A stretch of 64,000 nucleotides of DNA from Azolla caroliniana (lineage: Eukaryota; Plantae; Polypodiophyta), in the NCBI GenBank assembly GCA_043228905.1, contig JBHGNT010000015.1, positions 14,632,001 through 14,696,000 of the forward strand. Reading direction: 5' to 3'. Below, one piece after another: positions 52,849 to 64,000 of the stretch. Position 1 is the first letter of the stretch, and each line of letters opens with the position of its first letter. Under the pieces are notes generated by a model. That model saw nothing but the letters and a program-made list of their open reading frames with translations. It was not told the DNA's origin and searched no databases. The translations under genes and the position numbers were made by a program.

Positions 52849-53483
52849 CTTGTTCCCACCCAAACAAACGTTATGTATGTACTGTACTACGTATTGTATG
52901 ATGTATCTATCATCTATCATGCATGCTCCTGTCTAACTACTACCAAATCTTATTAAAGAGGGAAAGTGAGGGAATCGTGGGCGCGGACGGTACGGTGCAG
53001 GTCGCTCAGCTGATTGGCGCGTGCGATCTCCACCGTCCAATCTGGATAAAAAGCTGACAACGTCTGTCACCAGGATCCCCCCGACTCTCTGACAACCTCT
53101 GCCACCAAGAGCCCGCCACCCGACTCTGTCATAAGGAGCCCCGCTGTCTGACAACCTCTGTCACCAGGAGCCCGACTTTGTCAAAAGGAGCCCCGTTGTC
53201 TGATAGCCTCTGTCACTAGGAGCCCGACCAACTCTGGGTAGTAGCCTGACTCTCAAAAAAGTAAAATAAAACTGAATAGGGTATTGGTTAGAGTTATCCC
53301 TAAGTTTTACTAGGTTTATGGTTCAAATCCTTCTTCTTTTTTAATTCTTTCTCTTTGGTTTTTTTTCTTCTTCGACTACTTTCTTTATTAGGGTTTCAAC
53401 ATTTGGTTAGTCACTTTACACTTCATTTATATTTAAGGGTCGTAATAGTGGTATTGAATTCTCGTCTTTACAAGTTACAACGT

Positions 53484-56400
53484 TGTCGTGAAGATTTCGG
53501 GCCACAGTGAGAAATCGGGGCGGAAAGGGCAAGTCGGTGGTGTGCAACATGTGCACATGTATAGTAGGAAACGGTGTATAGAATAAGGGGGGGAGCATTT
53601 ATCACACATTGTAACGCATCCCTCTCCTTGGTCTATAAAAGGAGGGGGAGCGCCCTCATGAAGGGTTTGCCCATTTTGAGTCATGAGGGTATACCATTTT
53701 GTAGAGGGTCTTTCTTTTGTTAAGAGTTCCTAGGGTTAGTAACTTCCTGTTTTCTTTTCTTCTTCTTCTCCTTCTTGAGAAGTCGGGTGCCGCAACTATG
53801 GTGGCAAAGTTGTTAGGTTAACTTCCTTTCTTGGGAGCGTAGTCGGCTCGAAGCCGAGGTTGTAGCTTTTCCCCTGTAATATATATACTTATACCTGTTT
53901 GTGCATATTGGTGTATTTGGCGGTGTCGGGAACATAGCCCTTGTTCCCTGTGCATAAGAGTCGGCGTCCTACGCATGCTCTCTCTCTCTCTCTTTTGGTG
54001 AAAACACACAATTATATTAATAAATGTGTGTGAAAAACACTACTTACAATACGTCTGACAATGGAGTATGGTCACACACTAACCACACTACACTACATGG
54101 GTAGTGGAACATGTTGAATTGCCAATAGGCAAGACGAACACTCCACCGAGGAAAGAATTTCCACTTGTTCCAATAAAGAAAATTGTCACATTAGTACTCC
54201 CTTCAACTTTCATAGATATGCTTTCACTCCATGTCTACCATCGAATACAAAAGCGTTGCGCATGTTCCAATTATGACGCAATCCCCAATATTTCAGAAAT
54301 AGGAAAACAATCTCCATCTCTGATTTTGGGTCAAGCTGTGTAAATTGTGCAAACACCCACTGTCTAAGTGTCAAATAACATCGTGATGAAACTTGCCAAA
54401 TTTGAGAAATGTAACTCCAAATCTAACAAGCAATCAGACATTGTATAAATCAATGAGTACTATCTTCCATTTGAACAATGCAAAAAAAGCAATTACCCGT
54501 TGCTAGTCAACGACGCTTTAAAGCTAATCCCAAGGCAATCCTCCGATCAAAACTCTCCAAATGAATACCTTTGCAACAAGTGGCAATTTAGAATGCCAAC
54601 TACGTTGTAAGATCTGTCACCACCCATGATCAAATTTGTGTATTTTCCATTCTTCTTCAGCCTTAGATGATAATCATCCAAGAGACTCAACGGAACAATG
54701 ATACAAAAGATTAGTAGTCACTTGTAACAATGGTGTTTGACCCCTTAAACTCCAATCAATCCACGGTTGTTCTCCTGTTTGTAGAGGTAAGGGACCTTGC
54801 ATCAATGCAATATTCTGTAGTTGTTGCCAAATAAACCCATAATTAGGCGGGATGCGTAATAATTGTCATGCTTCAGTAAACTCCAAAATTCTTTGAGATG
54901 GAACCTCAACTATATCTCCCACCTCTTTGACCCCCAAACGAAACAAACGATTAAATTGAGAACACAATCTCTCCTTTCCTGGCCAACATAATAACCGAGA
55001 AGACACAAGTAACTCTTTTTGCAAATAGTTACAATGCTCTCTACTAGATGATGGTTTCCATACACATAACAAGAGTGCTTCTTGCCATGAGGTAACTAAG
55101 TGTTGAACACATGAAGAACTCGGAATCCTAAGTGAAATACATCCATTTAGTAATTGCCACCATGAAGCCTTAATCGTTGTCCTCCCATGTGTTAAACCCT
55201 TGTTCTCAATGAAATATTGAACAATAGATATCCATGGTTGTGAGTTTGAACACATGTCTTGTAATAATGAAAATCTACGAGCCATCATATGCATAGATAA
55301 GTTCAATATTCCAACCCCCCCAATCGCTTACGGGTTGCTAGATGATTCTAAGCAATCCATGTGATTCCCATTTTATCCCTCTTCTTCCACAACAAATATC
55401 GAAGAGGTTGCAAAACAGAATTCAACGCCTTCTTTGTCCATGGCAATAATGGCAAGTAATATAATATCATGGGTTCCATAATACATTGTACAACCTTCAA
55501 GCAAACATGAAATGGCCAAGATTGTGACTTCCAATACATGAACTTATCCCTCAACTTACTAGACATCCATTCAATCAATTGACCATTTGTAACATTCATT
55601 CCTAATGGATAGCCCAAGTGTCGAAAAATAGAGCCTTTCTTCACCACGGATCCTTGCCATCCTAAACATTCCAAATCCCTTTCAGTGCATGATATGAGAC
55701 TAGACTTCCTCCAATTAATATGTAATCCAGAAGCCAATGCAAACTGATTCCATACAAGCATCCCCTTCTCAAGATTCTCCCGTGAGGCTTGTAAAAACAT
55801 GAAAGAATCATCCACCAAAGCTTGTGCTACTATTTGCCCTCCGAACGGAAGATGTAAACCCACAATGTCACCGTTTATTGCAAGTCTTGATAGCATCACT
55901 AACAAAGGATGAGTAACAATAGCAAACAACAATGGGCTAAGAGGGCATCCTTGACAAATGGATCTTGTGATGGCAATATCTGATGTAACTCCCCCATTAA
56001 GCATTACTCGAGACACTACATCTTGTCCTAATAACAATATGAGGCGAGACATACGAGGTCCAAAGCCCATTGTATGCATTAACCCAGAAACAAAAGACCA
56101 ATTAACATGATCATAAGCTTTCTCCAAATCTAATTGCACCATAATCAATTCTTGATGAGTGTTCCGAGCATAATCCATGGCCATTTGAACATTCAACACA
56201 TTATGCAATATATTTCTACCTGCAATAAAACCATATTGGGCAGAGTGTAACAACTTTGGCAAATACTTTTGTAATCTATTTGCCAAGACCTTCGTAAATA
56301 TCTTGTACAACCCCCCCATCAAAGAAATAGGTCTCCATTGATGAAATGACTCAGGAGATGCCACCTTTGGAACTAGTTTAATTAGACCAATCTTCCAAGC

Positions 56401-57234
56401 TTGAGGCATACAACCAGAATCCCAAGATTGTTGAAACATCAAAGTCAAGGGGCCCTTTAAAATGTTGGAATATCTCTTAAAAACTTCATTTGTCAAGCCA
56501 TCCCAACCAGGGCTCTTACCACTAGGAAGATGCCTTATAACTACATCCACCTCATCCTCAGTGAAATCCGCATCCAATTCATGACTAATGAGATCATGCA
56601 CAATACATCCAACCACATCATAAAACTCATGACGTGCTCTACTCACCTCATCTATCATTAACAATTGTGGACCAATCAACTCCTTAAAGTAATGAAGACA
56701 TGTGTCAATTATTGTTGTAAGATCCACTATCAATTCATCCCCTTGCTTCACATGTACCACATTAGATCGAGCATAAGTAGGATGTAATGCTTGGAAAAAC
56801 AAATGAGATTGACATTGATTATCAATGAGTCCTTCCCTGAGTTGTCGCATCTTAGCATAATGATAACTTTGGCATTGCAACTGAGAAATAATAACATGCA
56901 ATTGACTTTGAATATCCAAAAGCTCCTCATCTAATGGTGTATGTATCAATAATGCATTACACTTAGAGAAAACTTGTGAGAATTGTCGAATAAGACCTCT
57001 TCTTCGTTGAGCATTGGTCACTCCATACATACGATGAATGATGTTAATGTTTCGTAATGTGATATCCCATGCTTTAACTCCTTTAAGATTCACTTGTTGA
57101 GAAAAATTTACCAAAATTTGCTCCATGAGAGAATCAAAGTGAGGTTAAATCAAAAGAGAAGAGTTAAAGTGTAGTGGAGGCTTTCCAAGTAAAGATTTAT
57201 ACATGTCAATTGCATGATTACACACCTCCAAGCA

Positions 57235-57304
<70 letters not shown>

Positions 57305-57417
57305 TTCGGTTGCCTTCGGGATGTGTCCGGAGTCGGTTTTCTTGGCGTCTCGTTCTCCCGCATCCGAGACCCTCATGGTCCCGCCCCTTCTACATGCACG
57401 CGCGTATCAACGCGACA
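53484..57417 (+). mobile_element. Solo LTR (TGTCGTGAAGATTT family) split by a LINE
   Basis: TGTCGTG...CGCGACA with an exact 4-bp TSD ACGT (53480-83, 57418-21). TATA CTATAAAA near 53633. Confidence 0.85.
53993..57237 (-). mobile_element. 5'-truncated L1/Tx1-like LINE (RT, zf-RVT), inserted in a (CT)n tract
   Basis: ORF 55348-57126 has GKSPGWDGL, WRPISL, LDLEKAYD, QGCPLSPLLF, ALVDD and RHLGYPLG; continues in ORF 54866-55306. (CT)n on both sides (53978-53992, 57238-57301). Confidence 0.92.
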
Positions 57418-59556
57418 ACGTGATGAATTCTTGTCTTTTGCAATTGTAGATCTTTTACCCTATGATCCTTCTAATCCGCATCTTGCCCTTAACACTTTTG
57501 TTTAAGTAAAATTAGCTCTTACCATTTGGGCTATGTTGATTGTCACTTTAATATGCAACTCACTCATGTTCCAAGTAAAGTTTAACTTCGTAATTTGGGC
57601 TTTTTCTTAATTCTTTGACTTTATACCACGGAATACTCTACCTATGGATCATGAGCCAAAACAAGAAGAAATGACACATTCACATTTTCGAACTCACTCA
57701 TTCATTCTATTCACAATAGTATGCAACTCACTCATGTTCCATGTAAAGTTAGCTTTCATAATTTGGGCATTTTCTTGGTTCTTTGAATTTCTACCATGGA
57801 ATACTACTACCTATGGATCATCAATCAACACAAGAAGAAATGACACAATAACACATTCACATTTTCAAACTTTTAGGAATCATTGGACACCACTTGGAAT
57901 TTCCAAGGTTAAATAGACATAGCAAACTACTACTAAAGAGTACAAAAAACATTGGCACCTATAACATTTCAATTCCACATGAAAGATTCCCTATTAGGGT
58001 GTAAAAATAAATTTCCATACATACATCCCTCTAGAGTACTAGTATCAATATAATACTACCCAATTTTGAATATATACAAGGTATGCATAGAAAACCTTGT
58101 GGATGGTGAATATCATTCTCACATGCTCACCGGATGCGATAAGTATGATGTCGTACTAGAGAAGCATGATACTCAAATCCCACCAAGAAGGATGAGCATA
58201 TAAGCAAATTAATTACCTTCACACAATTTTTAACTACAAAATAGCAAACCCCCTTCACAAGGGATCGCATATATGATGACATGTTTAATTGCTCCCATAG
58301 ATCAAAATTTGTTGAATGGAAAATAAGAATAGATTCTATTCTACTCCATTCTCTCTTAACACCTGAATTCAATAGAAGTGTTTCATTCTTTTATACCATT
58401 ACTCAACTACAATATCTCATGATAATAGGACAAGTTTAGCATGTATTGAACTCATATATTAATATTCTTGTAGGATTGTCTATAATATTGAATCCTGACC
58501 CTTTTTTAGCATTGAACAGAAAATCCTTGGTTTAACACACCCAAGATCCATACAGTAAATCAATGGCTATACATATAAGAACATTGAGATATTACCATGA
58601 TGGCCTTTTTAGTGCAGCTACATGTATAACATAACAAAGTTGTAATTTATGTTCGCTTCACAAAGAAATATAACAATGTGAGAAAAAATGAGCAAAAAGA
58701 AGGTGTCATATAAAGATGCCCCAATATGTAGTTTTAGTTCATAGATACAAACTTGTGTAAAAAAAATATACACAGAACATAATGATTTTTGAGGATTTCA
58801 AACAGAATTTTTAACATTAACCCTTATTTGAAACTTGAAACTTAATGTCATTGGAGATCTAGTGACATTTTTTATGCATAGAGATTGATAACCTGTGAGA
58901 CTATATTAACAATATGTATCATGGACTAAGTATAATCAAGTGATAATCAAATAGAAGGCTTAATCCAATGTCTCAAACTCCTCAAGATCTTACTCAGTTT
59001 AATGTTTAATAAAGGCAAATATATGAAGGCACAAGTTATTGGACTTTCCTATCAAAGAACACCAAACAAAACTATAAAACAGATCCGACTCCACATTGAG
59101 TCAAATACAACCAAAATGAGATTCAAACATTGATTTTGATATTACAAAATCCATATACATCATCATCAGTTTTGGTTATACAAAAGTAGATCATCACCCT
59201 TAGAGTAGATCATAAGTAAATCCATTGGCATAAGAGTGTATCATAAGTAAATCCATTGCATTACTCATGTTGTCAATTAATCATATCCTCTAAACAAAAT
59301 CCATTGCATACAAAAACCGAAAAATCAAACTCCATCCTCTGAATAGAATCAAAACTCATCAGCATGTATACAAATAGTTTCATATAAACAAGCTTTACAT
59401 CGATGTTACAAATAAGATGCAAGAAGAAGATACACAAGACGTATAGATGCCATATTACAATATCAACCATTTACAACAGGCCACGATCATTCAAGTTGCC
59501 TTGGTTACAATATGCAAAAAAGGTTGGCAACCTTAGTTCCCACGTACTAAAAAGAT

Positions 59557-60072
59557 TTACAGCATTGCTACAAAAAAATGATACAAAAAAGCTTGATAAT
59601 ACACCGATATCATATATTTTATGTTACAAAGTATAACATTTCCTCCGGTTAATATATGGGAAAGCCCAAAATCCGGCGTGCCCATTTTGCCAACGTTTTC
59701 GAAGGAGCTCCACATCATCGAATCCGAACCATTGCTCCTTACCCTACACCAATGCACACATTTGCTGCGGCTCTTACAATAACAAATGTCATTATTCAAT
59801 ACTCGGGCCATACTTACAAAATCTGTTGAATCGGATCCTTGAATGAACTCCTCAACCATCATCCAAATTGTAAGCATCACGCAAAACCCACAATCTGTCC
59901 CATTGGGTTGGGTCACAATATGCAATACATGATGACACTCGTCGCTAATGATGCAATGGTCGGGTGCAACAGTAGAGATATAACGTATCACCAAATCACC
60001 CAATGTCTTCAAGTTGACCGTCGGTGGATTATTCAATAGGTCACAATAGACTATTGGGCTCCTCCTCAACAT
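59557..60072 (-). pseudogene. Ulp1/SENP (peptidase C48) catalytic-end remnant
   Basis: IVYCDLL...VTQPNGTDCGFCVM matches the Ulp1 D and Q.N..DCG catalytic-Cys motifs. No His-containing N-terminal half in this ORF. Confidence 0.65.
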
Positions 60073-60760
60073 TTCTTCATATTGATGCTGAAATTATAAC
60101 AATGCATTTATATGATACATTTGAAAAATGGAACAACTAAGTCTCTCACCATGTTGGAATATGGAACCATGTGATCAAATGTAAATGAAAAGAAACCCTA
60201 AAAGATGTAAAATATAAAAATAACCATGAAAATACATACTTATTATTGCCTTCATTTTGCAGATCGAATGTAGGTGGTTGGGAAGTGCTTGCTGGTGGAA
60301 AGTGTTGCGCCTCCCTGATTTTGGTGGAAAGTGGTGCTCCTCTCTAATTCTTCCCTCAAAATACCCTAAAACTCTCTTTTCAAAATAGGTTCAAAATGAG
60401 TTATTTAGGGTTTTTATAATTAGTGTTCATTAATAATGAGCGGGGCTCCTTTTGACAGAGGTTGTCAGACAACGGGGCTCCTAGTCGAGCTCCCCAATAA
60501 GTGACGATTTCTTCGCGTGTTTTTTTTTCCCACATCAGACGGTGCAAATCGCATGTGCCCTCGGCTGAGTGACATGCACTGTCCCTCTCCGTGATTCCCT
60601 CACTTGCCCTCTTCAATTTTTGGAGGTATTTAGACACCACGATCATACATAGTATGAATCATACGTGCACTCGCATTTGCAAATGTTTCAAATATTCGAT
60701 TATGGAAAACACCCTTGAAGTACGTATGGTAAATACCTTACTTTTGTATTCATTATGTAT

Positions 60761-62350
60761 TGTGGTGTCCCTTTCATGCGAGTGCTTGCCTCTTTTAACA
60801 CACCACCCTTTTAGCACACCACTGGTTTTAGCCCACCCTTTTAGCACACCCTTTTGGGACGCATGTAGCTAGGCCGGCCCAAAATGGGTACCTTTGTATC
60901 TTCTATAAATTGAACGATAAGTAAGAAGCTAGGCAAGCTAGTTTGGTTTCCTTTTATGTGCATTTCACATAATTGGTGGAGAAGTGGGGTAAAATTTTAG
61001 CAATTACCACCTCGTTCATGGCATCCCAATTCCCTCTTGTCGCCTCAAACGTCGATACCCCGATGGAGCCCGAGTTTTCGCAACCTCACGAACGACCACC
61101 CCCTTTCCAAATGGAGCAGCTCCTCCAACTCCTCTCCAACACCATGCTTCAAATCAACCACATGAATCAAGCTATGCTCTCCTTCCTCTCCACCAACAAC
61201 GATCGTACTCAAGATCGGCCAGATTCCAAAGTCCGCCCGAAGTCCTTCTCCGGCTTGCCTTTCGAGGATGTCTTAGCTTGGTTGGACCACTTTGAGATGA
61301 TCTCCAGTTACCATCGATGGTCTGACTAGCGCAAAGCTTTGGAAGTTCGCAACAACGCCATCCTCATTTCCCAACGCATCGAAGCTTGTACGTTATTTGA
61401 CTCCCAACCACGTTGGCCCCATCCATCATTGACCGACTTGCGCGCCCAATACCAAGGCGCGGCCCCCATGGAGATTGATGTGCAAAACATATAACTACAT
61501 GCTTGCCACAACCTTCCCAATCGCGATGGCCAAGGGCACCCAAACTGTTTCTATTGCAACAATTATGGACACGTCCGAAGTCACTGCCAAAAATTGCAAC
61601 AACAGTCTCACAAGCAACAAGTTTAGATAACTATGGTTGACGTGACATCGTTGGCGAGCTTCCGGGAAACTGACTTCCGGGGTGTTGATGGAAGAGCCAA
61701 CCCTCCACATCCAAGCGTCAACCTCTTCCAGTTTGTAAGTATGCACCGCTCTCGCCACCATTAATCATTGCACCCACACCATCTTGTTAGACTCTAGTAG
61801 TAGTATCTCTTCCATTAGCACCATCTTAGTTCACTAGTTAGGTCTCCCCACATCCACCACTCCTTCCATCCAAGTCCTTTTTGGCGATCACCAACATCTT
61901 TACCACTCTCGCGCGCAAGCCCATTGCACCTTCACCTTAGGCACTCTCACCTTCTCACACCCATTTTATGTCTTGCCCCACCAACTCTTCCCCCTCACCT
62001 TAGGTTGTGATTGGTCCCTCAAGCGTCGCGTTGTGATTGATTTCGATGCCCATAAACTTCTTGTCCCACATGCTCCCCCTATCCCCCACCTTAGCCAAGT
62101 CCAGGTGGCCCTTAGTCCACATGAGCAATTGGTCTCCATCCGCCAATTATTAGCTCATTTTCCATCACTAACCCTCCAACCCACGCATGCTCCTACTGTC
62201 TCTTTCCCGATACAACATGTCATTCGTACTGCGGAAGCCACTCCGATCTGCATGGCTATCCGTCGACGTTCCCCCCTCGACCACAATCATATCGATGTTG
62301 CCATCATCAACATGCTCACCAATGGTCTTATCATTCCTTCCAGCAGCGAT
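60761..62350 (+). mobile_element. Ty3/gypsy 5' part: LTR 60761-60969, PBS, gag, protease, start of RT; decayed
   Basis: TGTGG...TTTCACA then TGGTGGAGAAGTGGGG. Gag PKSFSG..EDVLAWL, PMEID, CFYCNNYGHVRSHC; protease ILLDSS; QHVIRT...GLIIPSSS. Confidence 0.85.
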
Positions 62351-62475
62351 TGTCATGAAGAGAACATTTTGGCTTATCAAGAATCGAACCCACGACTTCT
62401 TGGTCTATGTGGTGAACCCTTAACAATTGTAATAACATATATGTTGTGTGATTAATAAATGTTGTCTTCATGGCA
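62351..62475. mobile_element. 125-bp element with 19-bp inverted ends and a tRNA-like core
   Basis: TGTCATGAAGAGAACATTT versus TGCCATGAAGACAACATTT (reverse complement). Minus-strand B-box GGTTCGATTC. Confidence 0.55.
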
Positions 62476-62479
62476 GGCA

Positions 62480-63594
62480 CCTCCCTTCATTTCATAGACT
62501 TAATGACTCATTACAATATTCTAGATCGGATAGGCGTCAATTAGGGGTTAATTGATCTTGGCTAGACAGGATATATGTAGATGATTATTCTAGTGATATT
62601 GGAGGAGAAGTTGGGATTATTGGGGGTTCTCTATTTTCTGACCATGCTCCGGTGCTTTTGAAGTTGGTTAGGATTTTAAAAAATAGAAAGTTTTCTACTA
62701 AAATTCCTATATCCTTCTTTTCGAATGATATTTTTAGAAGTCAAGTGTTGGGTATATGGAATTATGAGATGGGGGCACAACTATCTAATGTTGCTAAGGT
62801 GCAAAAGGCTTTGTATTTAATTGCTGAAATTTTTAAGGATAAAGCGTTGTTGCAATTACAAGAGGCCAAACAAAAGATGCTAGCTTCTAGGCGGACGATT
62901 GTTGCTCTTCAAAAACTTCAGGAGAAGAACCCATGGCTTTGTGGGTTGGAGCTGAATTGCATTGAACACGTGCTGAGATGCAACAAATTGAGGATGTTAT
63001 AGCTCAACACAAATTTCGTGCATCCTTAGCGAAATGGTCTCATCTTGCAGATAAGGTTAATGCTGATTTTTTCGTGTAAATAAAATTGGCCGTACTAAGA
63101 ATGTAATGAGGCAATTAGAGAGGGAGGATGGATCATTAACATCGGAGGATGTTGAAATGAGGAGAATTGCCTCGGACTTTTATAAATCCTTGCTAACTAG
63201 GCAGTCATTTACACATGAGCAATCGGCCTTAAGATCTACATTATGGTGTGTTATGAAGAAAAAAGTTAATTTTTCTATGGCTAATGAATTAGTCAAACCT
63301 TTTAATGTTCATGAGGTGTATGCTACAATTACGGCCTTAGGTAAGAATGTATGTCCTAGCATCGATGGTTTTGCTCTTGAATTTTTTCTTTGCTATTGAG
63401 ATCACATTGGAATCAATGTAACGGAAGTGTTACAAGAGGTTTTTACTTTGGGTGATATGCCTTATCAATGAAATGCAAGGTAAATTTTTTTGATTCCTAA
63501 ATTAGAGGGGGTAGTAGTTGACATTAAGAAGTGGTAGTCGTTAACTATTCTAAATACTATCTACAAGATCTATGCTAAAGTCCTTGCTTTATGT
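62480..63594 (+). mobile_element. Decayed L1/Tx1-like LINE fragment (APE end to RT start)
   Basis: LDRIY, FSDHAPV, CPSIDGFALEFF, LIPK, ILNTIYKIYAKVLA, with several stops. Confidence 0.82.
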
Positions 63595-64000
63595 TGTCGT
63601 GAAGATTTTCGGCAACGGTGTGAAATTTGCATGAAATGTACAAAATCAAGTGTGGTTCTTCACACACAATATGAAACAATAATAGTGAAGATACTACTTT
63701 ATACTAGTTTAATATCTTGGTACAAAAAGATGGAGGTCCTCAAGAGCTTCCGAATGTACTTTACTACATTTGAAACGGACAACTAAATGTCAAGTTATGT
63801 GAATGTGAAGTTTGAGAAGAAGAAAACAAAAACAAAAACGGTGAGATATCCCACATATATAGGACAAATCAGGATCCCACAGTATATAACCAGAGCCAGA
63901 ACTTATTATTTTTTGTCTATGAGTGGAGCATAGAATGTTCTTGGGCTAAACTGTGTCTTAACTACTCATAATGGTTTTGGAGGAACCGGAACCAACGACG
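63595..64000 (+). mobile_element. LTR 5' part (same family as 7789), running off the window
   Basis: TGTCGTGAAGATTTTCGGCAA...; ~300 bp colinear with 7789-8090. It interrupts the LINE RT after ATGT. Confidence 0.85.

Larger units (their letters stand above)
52930..60636. mobile_element. Putative DNA transposon with ~200-300-bp imperfect inverted ends and subterminal repeats, carrying a Ulp1 remnant; contains a nested LTR and LINE
   Basis: Both ends read TGTCTAA.TAC..CCAAA..GAGGG(A/C)AAGTGAGGGAATC.. inward and contain AGGAGCCCCG(C/T)TGTCTGACAACCTCTGTC repeats. No convincing TSD. Confidence 0.6.

Overview
Eukaryotic, repeat-rich plant genomic DNA, most likely from a non-seed land plant with flagellated sperm (inferred from a centriole gene plus RTE-X-type LINEs and Bianca/Tork-like copia elements). 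About 1-37 kb and 53-64 kb are nests of decayed transposons: RTE-X-like and L1/Tx1-like LINEs, Ty1/copia and Ty3/gypsy elements, solo LTRs and a TA-targeted MITE. One host gene lies on the minus strand at about 40.4-52.8 kb. It has 10 phase-consistent exons (about 876 aa from the ATG at 52777) and encodes a C2CD3-like multi-C2-domain centriole protein. It carries an IQ-like motif and a GC-AG intron, and has an in-frame TAG just before a canonical donor. The most unusual structures are: a 1.7-kb insertion bounded by two inverted LTR-like arms; an LTR family with 4-bp TSDs at ACGT-like sites; an L1/Tx1 LINE inserted in a (CT)n tract; a TGT...ACA long-inverted-repeat element carrying a Ulp1 protease remnant; and a large extra ORF downstream of a gypsy pol. 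All family assignments come from recalled motifs, not database searches.
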